This document shows, piece after piece, positions 50,201 through 63,339 of a DNA stretch of 64,000 bases. How positions within the stretch are numbered: position 1 is the first letter of the stretch; each line of letters opens with the position of its first letter. Source of the DNA: Camelus dromedarius. Taxonomy: Eukaryota. Both the position numbers and the translations under genes were made by a program. Below the pieces are notes generated by a model that ran no database searches, was not told the DNA's origin, and saw only the letters and a list, made by a program, of their open reading frames with translations. Location: positions 29,886,001-29,950,000 of the forward strand of contig NC_087436.1 in the NCBI RefSeq assembly GCF_036321535.1, read 5' to 3'.

Positions 50201-53200
50201 AACTATTATGTCCCTTTCAAGCTCTAAATGATTGTGCCTCTTCAGATTCCAAATACCTCTAGAATTTCTGACCTATTATATTGTATTGCAATTAGATTGT
50301 AGTGACACTTGCGACAGATTTGTGTTTAACCTCTCAGATGTGAGTTTTTTATTAGACTGTAGTATACTTCATCCTTAGATAAAAATACATGTAGATGTAA
50401 CAGGTCATATGGTGGGACATTTGGTAAAATGCAAATATAAATACACATGTGTTTATTCATATTTTACACACACCGACACACACACACACACACACACGTA
50501 TTATTTGTCCTTTGTTATCAGTACTTGTTCCGAGATTTTGGCTATGGTTTTACTTCATGTGTTAAACTTCATGGATTATATAATGTTCACTATAGAAATA
50601 GTCTTTCTTTTATGTAAAAGTAATTAAGATGCTCAGAAGGTTACCTTGTTCAATCTCTCGGTTTCACCTTCCTGAAATTGGAAACAGAATTTGTTTATAT
50701 AGGTCCTTCGCTCTTAAAATTGCATTCTTGCATTTATGTTGGCCTTAAGGGAAAATGAAAGCACATTGATTTAACTTGGTAGAAGAGGACAATACATTTT
50801 TAAATGCAATTTTTGTGTTAATGTAAATGCACCCAGAGGACCAAGAGCTGATCCACACTTTAAATAAATTTGAATGGGCAAGATTCACATTCTAAATACC
50901 TCTTTGACTACCCATGGGGAAAAAGGCTTATTTAGTATAAGTTTTAAAATTTGCATCTTAAACATTTTAAACAATAACTGTGTTAAAAACAAAGCATATT
51001 CAAAAAAAAGTCATTATTTTGGTAATCTATTTGGTATAATCCAACTCCCCAGTTTTAAATAAATGTGACATTGGCTTATCTGAAAAAAAATATGAATAAA
51101 TTATTAAATAAGACTAGCAAGATTAACCCTGCAATAGCTACTCTGAAATATTTAAATTGGCAATGTTTTAAAAGCAATTCAGTGTAATGAGGACAAAATG
51201 AAAAGCTTGGGTTTAGAAAACTATCTTTAATTCTTGGATTGATTCAGTAAAAATCCTCTGCCTCAAAAATAAATGGAGCAAGCAGAAAGTTAGTAAAATA
51301 TGAATTGTTTAACAAAGAAAGATATGCAAAAACACTTACTTATATCTGTTTCTTTGTACTATATTCTTTCCAGTCTATTTTGACCTAAACATTTGGGTTT
51401 TTTATAGCCATTCATCAAAAAGACTTTTAGATACTTTGGTTTGTAGTTAGGATATCAAGAGATTTCCTGGGTCTGAATAACTTTTAAACTTTAAATGTAT
51501 CCTTAGTTGTGGTCTTCTTTGTCTTCATCTCCATCATCAAGACTGATTTTAACATGACTTGATATATGTTGTTGCATACGGAATAATACTAGGTTGACAG
51601 AATAAAACCATTAACAATTCATAGTCCTGTGCAGCACTGATACATACACAGCTTTGTAGGACATAGAAAGCTGTCAGTAGTTTTTACAATCTATATAACA
51701 TGTAATGGACAAGGGTCTGTATAGATTTAAACGAGATATCTGAGCTTGATCTCCCAGTGCTATGTAAAGAGAAAAATCAATATATGATAGTCAGCTGCAG
51801 AGGGATTTGTGATGTCTTGCATTTATCATTATTTGTATTTTCTTTGGATTCATTGCCATTGTAGTCTTTTTTTCACAAGTAATTCACAAGGAAGCTGGTA
51901 GTATGCATGTGAGCAATCCCAAAATTTTAAAAAAAAAAGTCATGTTTAAGAGTTCCTCCATAATCTGTAATATACTTTTTATAATATGAAGTAAAACTGG
52001 TATATAAATCTTGAAAATGACATCGGAAAAGAACCCAGATAGGCTGATGAAAAACAAATGGCATCTAATGTATTTTTCACGTTGACTGTGGCAGTGATTT
52101 ATTATGTTGTCTAAGATGCTAAATATACATCATAAATCCCTCCAACAGAAGTCTTATTGTATTCATTCATCTCTTTTCCATGAGCCAACATTTTCTCTTT
52201 TCATAAACTTTATTGTATGAAAAGAATCATTATTTTTTTAAATGGCATTTAAATCCAGTGATTTTACATTGGATGTAAAAACCCAATGAGAGTTTTTTTT
52301 TTTTTTTAACTTTAGTAGAGAAGATACCCAACTGGAAATAAACGTTCCATTCAAGATTTCCTCTCTGTGAGGAAAGAAAACACAAAGTAAAATGTATACA
52401 GCTTATTGTCCTTGTGTCATTTTCACCCTTGATAACACATGCACCTAAAAGAAAGTCAAAAGAGAAAGAAAAATGAGTGTAAGATAACATGTAATATCTG
52501 TATATTATAGTATTGAAGTCCAGCAGTATGATATTTAAGTATATATTCTGATATAATAAATTTTATTAACAATTTTATGAGTGACCATACTGCTAATATT
52601 TCAACTCACTTTTCAATGTTTCAAAAAAGAATACTATAAAATAACATGAAAAATGAAAACATTAATAAACACAGAACACAGAGCTTAGGGCCATGAATTT
52701 ATTACTGTATATCCACTTGTCTACTAATGAAAGAAAATAACTCTATCAGAGGAAAATGTAAAATATGTTTTTTGAGCTTGACTTGACAGTCATGCATCCC
52801 AGGGACTTATGTGATCTCCCTTTTTTCCAGGGGATAACATTCTGCAAGACAAGGGAAACTAATTATCACTGAGTAACTGGATTCAAGGATGTCCAAAGTA
52901 GTATCTGAACTTGTATTTGAATCTTTTATCAAAGAACATTGCCATCAAAAGTTTGCATCATTTATGCAGTGTTGAGTCAAGTTTTCTGCCAAAGAAGTGT
53001 GCTCAGCTTGTTGCGTGACATTTAATGTAATTTATATTATGCACAGTGAAAATGTTTATGCAACTTAAAAGCACTGCTTGTCTTAGATCTGCAGACATTG
53101 TATATTATAATGACAGGTTTTTTTTTTTAATTTGGGAGTGGTCTTGGTAACATGAGATACATGAAAGAAAATGGGTGTGGAGAAGAAAGAAATATAAGTT

Positions 53201-56200
53201 AAAATAAGATGGATGGTTACAGCAAGAGTAGTGCAAAAAAAGTCTTATGAAAGAGTTTGGAAAGGTAATATATTTGAGTTTGAATCCTGAATTCTAAATG
53301 TTGTATTAATATATGTTATATTCCAGACTTTAGCATTCTTAACAGATAACAGATATGAAAAATCTAATTCTGAAATTAAACAAAATCAAAAATAGACTGC
53401 TGTTTTTGGATTGAGTCTCGAATTGAATAGAAATTCAAGAAGATTCTAGAACTGAAATAGAGTGCTCAGCTTTTACATGAAACTTGGCAGCAAAAGACTA
53501 CACAGAGCAAATCAATCATGAGTGAAAGTACACTTTATAGGAATATTTGAAATATTAATAAAAACATTTGTATCACTTCAACCTTGAGGATTCATCTTGG
53601 AATATGTTTTTAAAAATTTTACTACTCTCTTAGAACATTTGTGAGTCAAATTTAGCATGTTGATATTGCTTATCTAAATTGTGCTGGCATTCATTGTGTT
53701 CTGTGGATTAGGAAACAGGATAATTTATATGACATAGCCGCTGATGTCAAGATGCTCACAATTGAAAAGAGAATAAATAAGATACATGATACAGTATAAA
53801 TACATAACTACATTACTTACTGTCTGTTTTATAATGAGAGATGGCATGTGATTACAAAGCAAGAATTAGAACTATAATCACAATTGCGTAAATCTATAGA
53901 TAGAGAATACACAGATCAATGTGATAGAATATTAACATGCAATGGATATTTCGTGAAAAAATTTCTCAAATGCACAATTGGTTGGCAGTGAAGAATATTC
54001 ATTGATTCCTGAGAGAAGTGTCCAAAGACGTATTTTTAAAATAGAGTGAGAAAATGTTATGAAGAGAGATTTAGGACTCCTATTGTAGTGACAAATATTA
54101 CGTGGCCTTAGACTGTGGGAATCAATAGAAAGTAGAGTAATTAGTGTATCTTTCAAACTTAGGCAAATGAGTACACTAGAAAGACCTCAAAGCCTTCTTA
54201 TCTAAAAAACTTTTCATAGTTTCTTTACTCAGATCCCGTAAGAGCTGGTAAGAGTGCCATTCAAGACTGACACTGAAACACGGAGTCTCAGATACACTAC
54301 CTGGATAAATTAGGGTCAAATGCAGAAAGAAAGCTTATGCCGCAATGCTACTAGCTGAAAAGCACATAGCAGTGTTTATTTACTGTCAGTGAAAGTACAA
54401 ATTAATCATTGGAGGCTGCTAGAAAATTTCTCTATGTCAGGGCTAATTTCTCTTTTCTCTAGACACTCAAGGTTTTAAAATGCCTTTTAGTACTCTCAAC
54501 CAATGAGTCAGACAAAACAGTCATGAATATAACAATAGATGTAATATTAATTATAGGGCAGGTGTTTATACGCACTGTGCTTTTGTGTTTTGTCGGCTCT
54601 CTGGGCATTACAAACTTCTGCCTTAAAATTACACCCTTTAGAAAATGTTGCAAAGCATTTTGACAATCTGAATCTCAACCTAAAGTGGTTGGCTGATCTA
54701 TCTACAGTTATGGTCAGCCTGAGTTCATTGTCAGAAATTAATGGACATCTGTTCCCCCTGAGCAATGTATAAATGTATCATACTAAAGCTGGAATTCTAA
54801 AACTTCCTATTTCCCATTTGCAAACTTCTTAATCCATTTCTGTTACTTTCAAAAACCTGGAACTCTTCATTTAATCTGAGAATGTAAGGTAAACTATCAA
54901 AAATAAATCATTTCCAATTCCATGAGATGGAAGACTTAGATGGCAAAATCTAGTTATATAATATTACTTCTTGCTCAGAAATGAATTCCTAGGCAACTGT
55001 GTATCAGACATTTATCATCTTACTGCTCAGTAAAAAGTTAGGTTTCATTTTTCCCTTAACCAGGTCCTGGGTCATGCTTCCCTTCCCCACCGATCTCCAT
55101 TGCATTCCATACCAAAAATACCATTTCTCTGACATGGGCCAGAACATTGGTTTTTTTTTTTTTTTTTTTTTTTTTGGTTGTTCACAATGTAGACACTTTA
55201 CTTATGACATTTTATTTACTTTGGTAAATAAAACAGATTGTTCTCCCAAAGATTTACATTGCAACACTAATTTTATTTATAGCTTGGTTAAGTAGTTTAC
55301 AAGGGCAATGGTAGTAATTGATATTTTTTCCTCTGGTAGTTTTTAAATATTCATGATTCTTGTGCTCTGGCCTACCTTTTTATATTCAAGCAGTATTTTA
55401 CACACAATGAAAATTAAACATAAGTAAAAGCAAATTCCTTATTAGGCTGCATATTTTTATTTGAGCTACTTACCTTCTGTTCACTGAGGGTTGACCTACC
55501 CTGGTGCCTACCGTTTGAATTATATATTCATGGCAGCAATGTCCTACAAAAGATCAATATAGACAACTAACTTCTAATTTCTTTCTAGCCCATGCATACT
55601 AGGGAACAAAAACGTTATGCTAAATCAGTAATTTATGATTTCTTTGAAGTCATCCTAAGTAGAATGTTGGGGAAGAGAGAAACAGACTGCCTCAGTAATG
55701 GTCTAAAAAGACAACAATGTGATTTCAATTAGACAAGAGAATCATAGAGTACTGCTCCACTATTGTCACCAAGAGCCAGAATGTTCCACTGCAGAATTAT
55801 GTTTGGAAAAAGGTGAAGAAATATATGTATATACTTCACATTGTGTGTGTGTGTGTATGCACACACACAAATATATATACACATATATATGTGGACATAT
55901 ATAGAAATGGATGAATAGACATTAAGGTTCCAAGGTAATGTGTACTCCTGATTATGTGCTATAAACAATTTGATGTTCTAAGCAATGGTATAACCAGGAT
56001 TAGTATCCCATTTGGATGTTTTATGCTAGTCTATGTGCATAATTCAGAATATAAAAAAATAATAAATTTTGCCAGGGTTCATTCTTTAAATATAGAAATA
56101 CAGATCAATAGAGCAAAGAAAGATATTTTCAAAGAAAATATTTTCAGTAAGAAGTTCAAGAGAGATGTCTAGAGGCAGAACTCTTGTACATACACTGCTA

Positions 56201-56227
56201 CTTATGTATGTGTCTGTATAAGAATGG

Positions 56228-56293
56228 TAGATTAGATGATAGATAGATAATAATGATAGATAGATAGATAGACAGATAGACAGACAGATAGAC
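56228..56293. repeat. (GATA)n-(GACA)n microsatellite
   Basis: Direct reading. Confidence 0.95.
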
Positions 56294-56923
56294 ACAAGTG
56301 TTTTCCTTCAAAATGAGCCAGAAAAGAGAAGCACAGAATAGGCCATCTCATTTTCCCTGGCTTTTCTCACAAGACTGGGCTGAAGGATGCTAACAGTTTG
56401 GATCTCATTAACTTGGATCTTAGCCACCAGAAATGAAATGTCTCATTCTTTGAGCTACTGTTCAAGAAAATTATGATCAGTCAGGTTTGGATCACAGGTC
56501 TTACCTTCAACCAATTACTATCACTAGGAGGCAGTCAACAGCATGGCTCCATTTTGGTATGAAATATTGGATCAGTAAGCAATTTGAACACTAAAAAAAA
56601 ATTAGGGAGTGGTGCTACTACTTTTTATTTTCCAGAAGAATAAAATGATGTAGAGCATAAAAAAATAGGTCATTCATATTAGAGGTATGTAAACCTAACA
56701 GGAAATCCATGCTTTATAAAACCAAAACTCGTAATTAATGTTTAACCATCAAAGACTACCCACTTACAGTAAAATTCTCTTCATTGATACTGAATTTGAC
56801 TTTCCAGTGTTGTCTGTATTTGTGTGCTACTCTGTTTCCACCCTCTCTTTCCCGCCTTCCTAATAGTCAACAGCTATTTCTAATACGGCATTTGTGGTAA
56901 ATTTTATGACAGGTATACAGCAT

Positions 56924-57357
56924 TGTGGTGGGCTGACTAATGGCATGTCCTAATCCCTGTGACCTGTGAATAATGCTTGTTACCCTTTATGGCAAAAGGA
57001 ACCTTGCAAATGTGATTTAAGTTAAGAATCTTGAGATGAGGAGATTATCCAGATGGGCCCAATGTAATCACAAGGGTCTTTATCAGAGGGGGACAGAAGG
57101 GTCAGTCAACAGTAAGAGATGCCACAACAGAATAAAGAGGCTGGGATGATGCCAGAAAGGGGCCACGAGCCAGGAATGCAGACTGCCCCTGGGAGCTGGA
57201 AAAGGCAAGGAAACACCCTTGGAATCTTCCAGAAGGAACCCAGGTCCTTAATTTTAGACTTTTGATCTTTTGTACAGTGAGAGGAAAAAAAATGTGTTCA
57301 GTTTCAAGCCTCAGAATTGGTGATTATTTGTTACAGCAGGGATAGAAAATGAATACA
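56924..57357 (+). mobile_element. MLT1D-type MaLR solo LTR
   Basis: TGTGGTGGGCTGA...tggcaaaagg...gatcttgagatg-like...aatgtaatcacaagggtc...gagctggaaaaggcaaggaaac...gttacagcag...AATACA. Confidence 0.9.
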
Positions 57358-57439
57358 AGTGTTGCCAAAGGAGATTCAGGGAGGCAGGAATCCCTTTCTG
57401 CCTCAATGGTTGGAGAATGCACTAGAAAGAAACTATTTC

Positions 57440-57513
57440 TTTTCTAATTCTTATTTTTTATTGAAGTGCGGTCGATTTACAATGTTAGTTTCAAGTGCAT
57501 AACAAAACAATTC

Positions 57514-57578
<65 letters not shown>

Positions 57579-57938
57579 CAGGTTTTTTTCCATTATGGCT
57601 TATTATAAGAAATTGAATAAAGTTCCCTGTGTTATATAGTAGGTCCTTGTTGTTTATCTAGTTTATATATAGTGATATGTATCTGTTAAATCCAAACTCC
57701 TAATTTATCCCTGCCCCTGCCATCTTCTCCCTGGTAACCACAATTTGTTTTCTATGTCCATGAAATCTATTTCCAGTTTGTAAATATAATTTGTATTTTT
57801 TTTTAAATTCCGCATGTAAGCGACATCATATAATATTTGTCTTTCTCTATCTGACTTACTTCACTTAATATGATAATCTCTAGGTCCTTCCATGTTGCTA
57901 CAAATGGCATTATTTCATTCTTTTTTATGACTGAGTAA
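57440..57938 (-). mobile_element. Short L1 3' end, same style as 33715-34710, with (TA)n at 57516-57572
   Basis: 'ttattgaagt...tttacaatgttag', 'tctgacttacttcacttaatatgataatctctaggtcc..ccatgttgctacaaatggcattatttcattctttttta'. Confidence 0.9.
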
Positions 57939-58529
57939 TGGAATGGAAAGACAGTTCTAACTGAATAATACTTTGAGTGGTTTACAGGATTTCATTTGAT
58001 GTGTATTGATGGGGTTGTGTTCCTCAGTCCCTAAGACCTTAATAATCATAAACTTCTAAGTGTGATACTAGTTTTGAAAGATGAGTGATATAATTGACTA
58101 TTGGAAGGAGTTTAGTATTTTACCTGAGTGAATCGGTGCCTTAATGGATAAACACATAGGAGTCTTGTCATGAAATAGTGAAAGTATTTTGGAAATGGCA
58201 GTCATTTGTGTAGGTCTTTGAATATTAGACTACAGACAGAGAATGTTGCAAAGCACGAAAAACTTTGAAGAAACTGAGAGTAGGAGACTAGATATCAAGG
58301 CCATTTAATTATCAAAATTCTATGTCTAGGTCTTAGTTTTCTGATCTGTAAACTGAGAAGATAGAACTCGTTTTGTATGGTATTATGTCACATAAAGTAG
58401 AAAGACAATGAAAGCCTCTTGGGCATGGAACTAATTAAAAGGTTTTATTTATCTAATATTAGTGAAAGAATGTGATAGAGAATATTTCTCAGTCTTTAAT
58501 GGATGTGTGGTTTATACTGATAGCTTGTT

Positions 58530-58745
58530 AATATGCAGGTTTTGAGTTAGTAAGTGCAGAGTGTGGCTCTGAGAGTCTGCATTTCTATCAAACTCCTAGG
58601 TTCTGCTGAGAATTATGTTTAAAATACAGATTACCAGGGTTTTGTCATTTAAGGTCTACTTAATTGTCTATTGCGAATGCATTGAGCCTGCATTTTTTGT
58701 GTTTCAGAAAATTCTTACAGTCTCAAGAAGTTTGGGAATCATAGC
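58530..58745. mobile_element. MER5-like relics
   Basis: 'ctgagagtctgcatttcta..aaactcctaggttctgctga' and 'agtttgggaatca'. Confidence 0.5.
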
Positions 58746-59084
58746 ACCAAAGCATTTAATACATATTTTTGACCTACTAATTACTGATCAGGCAAAATTG
58801 CCTTAAAAACATTGAGACGTTTATTATCAGTAGAGACACACTAGGCAGTAACTGATCAAATTGTATACACTCTGAGAAAATTTACTGAGACTGCAATTTT
58901 TGTGTTTTCTTTCAGGTCTAAGGAGAAAACTTGATTAAAGCTAGGAAAAAATGTAAAATAAAACTGTCAGGAAAAGCAAAAGAATAACACAACTGAAGCA
59001 AATAGAAGTTGCCACAGACTTTTGAATGACTTTTGATCAAATACTACACTTTTGATTAAATATTTACGTTTGTATGTGTATATG

Positions 59085-59115
<31 letters not shown>

Positions 59116-60699
59116 ACAAAAAACTTCATTCCCAGTGACTATTCTCAAACATTTTAAATTAGAGACAAAAGCAAAACTATGTAACTAATAGTGCTTTATT
59201 TTTCTTGTATTTAGTGCTTATAAAATATATACTTACTTATAAATGTAATATAAGAAAAAAATTACTTTCAACAGAAAATAATTAGAATTCCAAAGTGTTC
59301 TTTGATTTAGTCTGCTAACAACAGTACCCGTTTTTCTTCATCTTGGTTATGGAAAGAATGTGCAATTGCCTATGGTTAACACAAATCTTAAGGAAAAATG
59401 AATATTGTTTTTTATCTCCAGGCTTATAACAGTGGAGGGAATGCTGAGTGAGTGACTCATCCTTGGTTTAAAATGGCCTTTTCCTCTTCCTGGAGATGAT
59501 GATATGTGTTGCAAGCTTGAGAGGATAAGTACTTAAAAGCACAGTTTTATTTGTGTCCATTATTTTAAAAGTCTCTCTTCTTTTCTATCACCGGTTAAAA
59601 ATGGAAACCTAAAGTGTAGTTTTGTTTGGTTTAGGATTTTTAATCCAGAAGTGGTATTTTATAGATTAATCTATACTTTAAAAATATTTTAGGACCATGT
59701 CAGTGTCTCTTGAGTGCTTTACTTATATTAAAAAAAAATAGCATAAAACATCATCCATAAGAATAGGCAATTTCCTTTACTCACAGTTTGGTCTCCTTCC
59801 AGATGCTTTAATGTCTTATATTATCAGTCCTGCTGTCCAAGTCATATCAGAATCTCAAATGGGCACATAGAGATAAATCATTTAAAGTAACTGCACCTAA
59901 GAGCTCCTCTCCCTAGCACTAAAATACCAGTGATGCCAAATATTACATTACTGTGTTGACTTTCAAATAAGAAAACCACATTTTTAATTTAATTACTCTC
60001 CGTGTTATTGCTAGCAACTTGGTAAGGAACAGGTGTTATTAGAGCTGCATTTAAACTGGAGAATCCATGTCAAAAAGATTAAGTTTATCAGCATCTTTAG
60101 CAGAAACAGGTACAATAGCATCTAAAACACCAGATAGTGCAGTGAACCTAATCATTCTGCTTTACAAAAATAAACCAAGGAAATAATTTTTTTTAGAGAC
60201 ATTAAAACATACTATAAAGTGTCTTTGGAAGAACAGTTTTATTTTTGAGTAGTAAAAATCACAAGACATTTTTTTATTATACATTATCCTGAGTGATAGA
60301 TGGATCCTTGTAAACATAACCACCTTTCTGTGGCAATGAATTATTTCAGGGTCTTTAGCAACTTGAGGATTATGATGACAGAGCATCTAAGGCTAATGAA
60401 GCATGGTTATAGCCACAATTGAAAATGTAGCAACTGTCATTCATATTAACCAACATACAGGAGCACATGGTTAGAGTGTTCATGATTTCATCTGTGTTCA
60501 GCATTAATTATTAAACAATCTATTTCACTTGATCTTCATGGCCACAGACTGGCCTTGTCTGACATCAGTGTTCTGTGAAAATGTTTATCTTAAACAGAAC
60601 ACAAAAGCCTAGCTGTGTCTACCAGGCCAGCTTCTACCACCGAGGCCCAACCAATAGTGTCAGGATAGCTTCTAGTTTCTGTTTTCATTACATAGTTTA

Positions 60700-61620
60700 G
60701 TAATTTGTTTGTTTGTCTTTGTTTTTCTAGATAAGCCTTGCTGTGAGTATAGAGATTTTATTTTGTTAATAGTTTTAAAAGAATTGGCTCTGCTGATTTT
60801 CTCTGTTTTAGTCTTTCCTCATCTCTTGTCTCTATTATTTTTTTCATTCTCATTACTTTGAGTTTGATTTACTATTTTCTCTACTTTATCAAATAGAAGA
60901 GTAGATAATTTATTTTTAGCTTTTCTTTTTACTAGTATTTCAATTTAATGCCACACATTTCTTTGTAACCTCTGCCTTAGCTAGAAAGATACTGAAATTT
61001 TAAATCTACTTGTGCCAAATAATTTTAATTTTCCAGTGTATTTAACCTTATACTGTTGTGAACTATATATAATCACCTAGTGCTTTGTGTCTCATGGGTT
61101 ACTTTGTCTTGTATTGGAAATATCAACTTTCTTTTAATTACTATTTTATGCTATGTTTTTATAGACTTTTATTTGGGCCTGTGTATTTAAGATGTGTCTG
61201 TTGTAAATAATATTCAGTTAATATTTTTATTTTGTATTTATTCTTTTTTAAGTTTTATAGTGTTTGCCATTTAATTAAAAATTTAAATTTATTAGTATTT
61301 CATTTAATTATTATATATTCAACTTTATTTATACCACATTACTGCTTTATTTTTTCTATTAAACTTACTTATTTTTTGTTCCATATGCTCTATTTTTTGT
61401 ACTTTTTGATTATTTTTGTTTTTATTTTAACTTATTCCCTCTATGTTCTTCTAAATTCTTTCTCTATGCTTTAGTAATCCTAGAGATGACAACATGTATC
61501 CTTGACTCATTCAATTTTAGTTCAAATTGATATAACCTCTTCCTCAATGATGTTAAAATATTAGATGAAATAATACATCCAGTATATTTATCTCCCATCT
61601 ATTTTCCATCTTCTGCTTTT
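60700..61620 (-). mobile_element. Ancient L1 antisense remnant (host of the 61746-63311 insertion)
   Basis: T-rich L1 antisense: 'tctgccttagct', 'tatttaagatgtgtctgttgtaaata', 'gtttgccatttaatt...ttagtatttcattt'. Confidence 0.6.
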
Positions 61621-61745
61621 TTTTGTCTTGCATATTACATATACATATATATACACACATATGTATATGTGTGTATATATATAACATACATACATATGTA
61701 TATTTATATAAATCCTTAAAAGACAATACTAGTATCAATATAGAA

Positions 61746-63311
61746 AACTGGACAGCTACATGCAAAATAATTAAACTGGACTACTTTCTCATACCATACA
61801 CAAAAATAATTTTGAAATAGATTAGAGACTTGAATGTAAGACCTGAAACTGTAAAACTTCAAGAAGAAAACATAGGCAGTATGTTCTTTAACGTTGGTCT
61901 TAGTGCTATTTTTTTAGGTATGTCTCCTTAGGCAAGAGGAACAAAGGAAAAAATAAACAAATAGGACTATATCAAACTAAAAAGCTTTTGTACCATGAAG
62001 GAAATTCAACAAAACAAAAAGGCTGCCTACTGAATGGGAGAAGAACCTTGCAAATGATGTATCCAATAAGGGGTTAATATCCAAAGTATATAAAGAACTC
62101 GTAAAAAATCAACATTAAAAAATATTAAAAAATGGACAGATTGAAAAAAAAATGAATAGAGGATCTGGATGGACATTTTCCCCAGGAAGCCAAAAGGCAC
62201 ATGAAAAGATGCTCAACATTACTAATCATCAGGGAAATGCAATTCACAACCACGATGAGACAGAACTTCACATCTATCAGAATGGCTATTATCAAAAAGA
62301 CAACAAATAACAAGTGTTTGCTAGGATGTGGATAAAAGGGAACCCCCCTACATTGCTGATGGAAATGTAAATTGGTACAGCAACTATGGAAAACAGTACA
62401 GAAATTCCTCAAAAATTTAAAAATAGAACTACCGTATGATTCAGCAATTCCACTCCTGGATATTTATCTGAAAGAAAAGAAAAACACTAATTAGAAAAGA
62501 TATGTGCACCCCTTGTTCATTGCAGTATTATATTTATAACAGCCAATTTATAATATGGAAGCAACTTAAGTGCCCATCAATAGATGGATAAAGAAAACAT
62601 TTTATATATATTTATACATACATATCTATAACTCAGCCCTGAAAAAATAATGACATCTTGCCATTTGAAGCAACAGGTATGGACCTAGAGGGTATTACAT
62701 TAAGTGAAGTAAATCAAAGACAAACACTGTATAATTTTGCTTATGTGTAGAATCTGAAAAGCAAAATCAATGAGCAAACATAACAAAACAGAAACACAGT
62801 CACAGATACAGAGAACAAACAGGTGATTGCCAGAGGGGAGGCTGTAGGGAGAGAAAAGATACAGGTGAGAGAGATTAAGAGGTACAAAATTCCAGTTGCA
62901 ACTACAACTCTATGTTATGTAGGTAATACAGGTGGATAAATTATACTCCAAAAGCAAAGAAACAAACTCACAGAAAAAGATAATTACCAGAAGCAGGGGT
63001 TGGGGGAGGGGGAATTGGATGCAGGTAGTCAAAAGGTATATCATTCCAATTTTAAGATAAATATGTACTAGGGATGTAATGTACAACATGGTAAATATAA
63101 CTAACACTGCTGTGTGTTATATATGGAAGTTAAGAGAGTAAATCACAAGAGTTTTTATCACAAAGAATATTTTTTCTGTTTCTTTAATTTTGTATCTATA
63201 TGAGATAATTCGTGTTCACTGAAATCATTTCATAACATATGTTAAGTCAAATCATTATGTTGTACACCTTAAACTTATACAGTGTTATATGTCAGTAAAA
63301 CTGGATGAAAG
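61746..63311 (+). mobile_element. 5'-truncated L1 (ORF2 3' part plus two tandem 3' UTR segments) bounded by a long TSD
   Basis: ORF2 'aaactggacagctacatgcaaa...ccatacacaaaaataa...taatcatcagggaaatgcaa...cagcaattccactcctgg'. Direct repeats at 61721-61745 and 63312-63336. Confidence 0.9.
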
Positions 63312-63339
63312 AGACAGTACTAGTATTAATACAGAATTT

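Noticed and set aside
37465..57357. Two same-strand MLT1D LTRs as ends of one provirus
   Set aside because: They are 19 kb apart with no MaLR internal sequence adjoining either, and have different flanks. These are independent solo LTRs.
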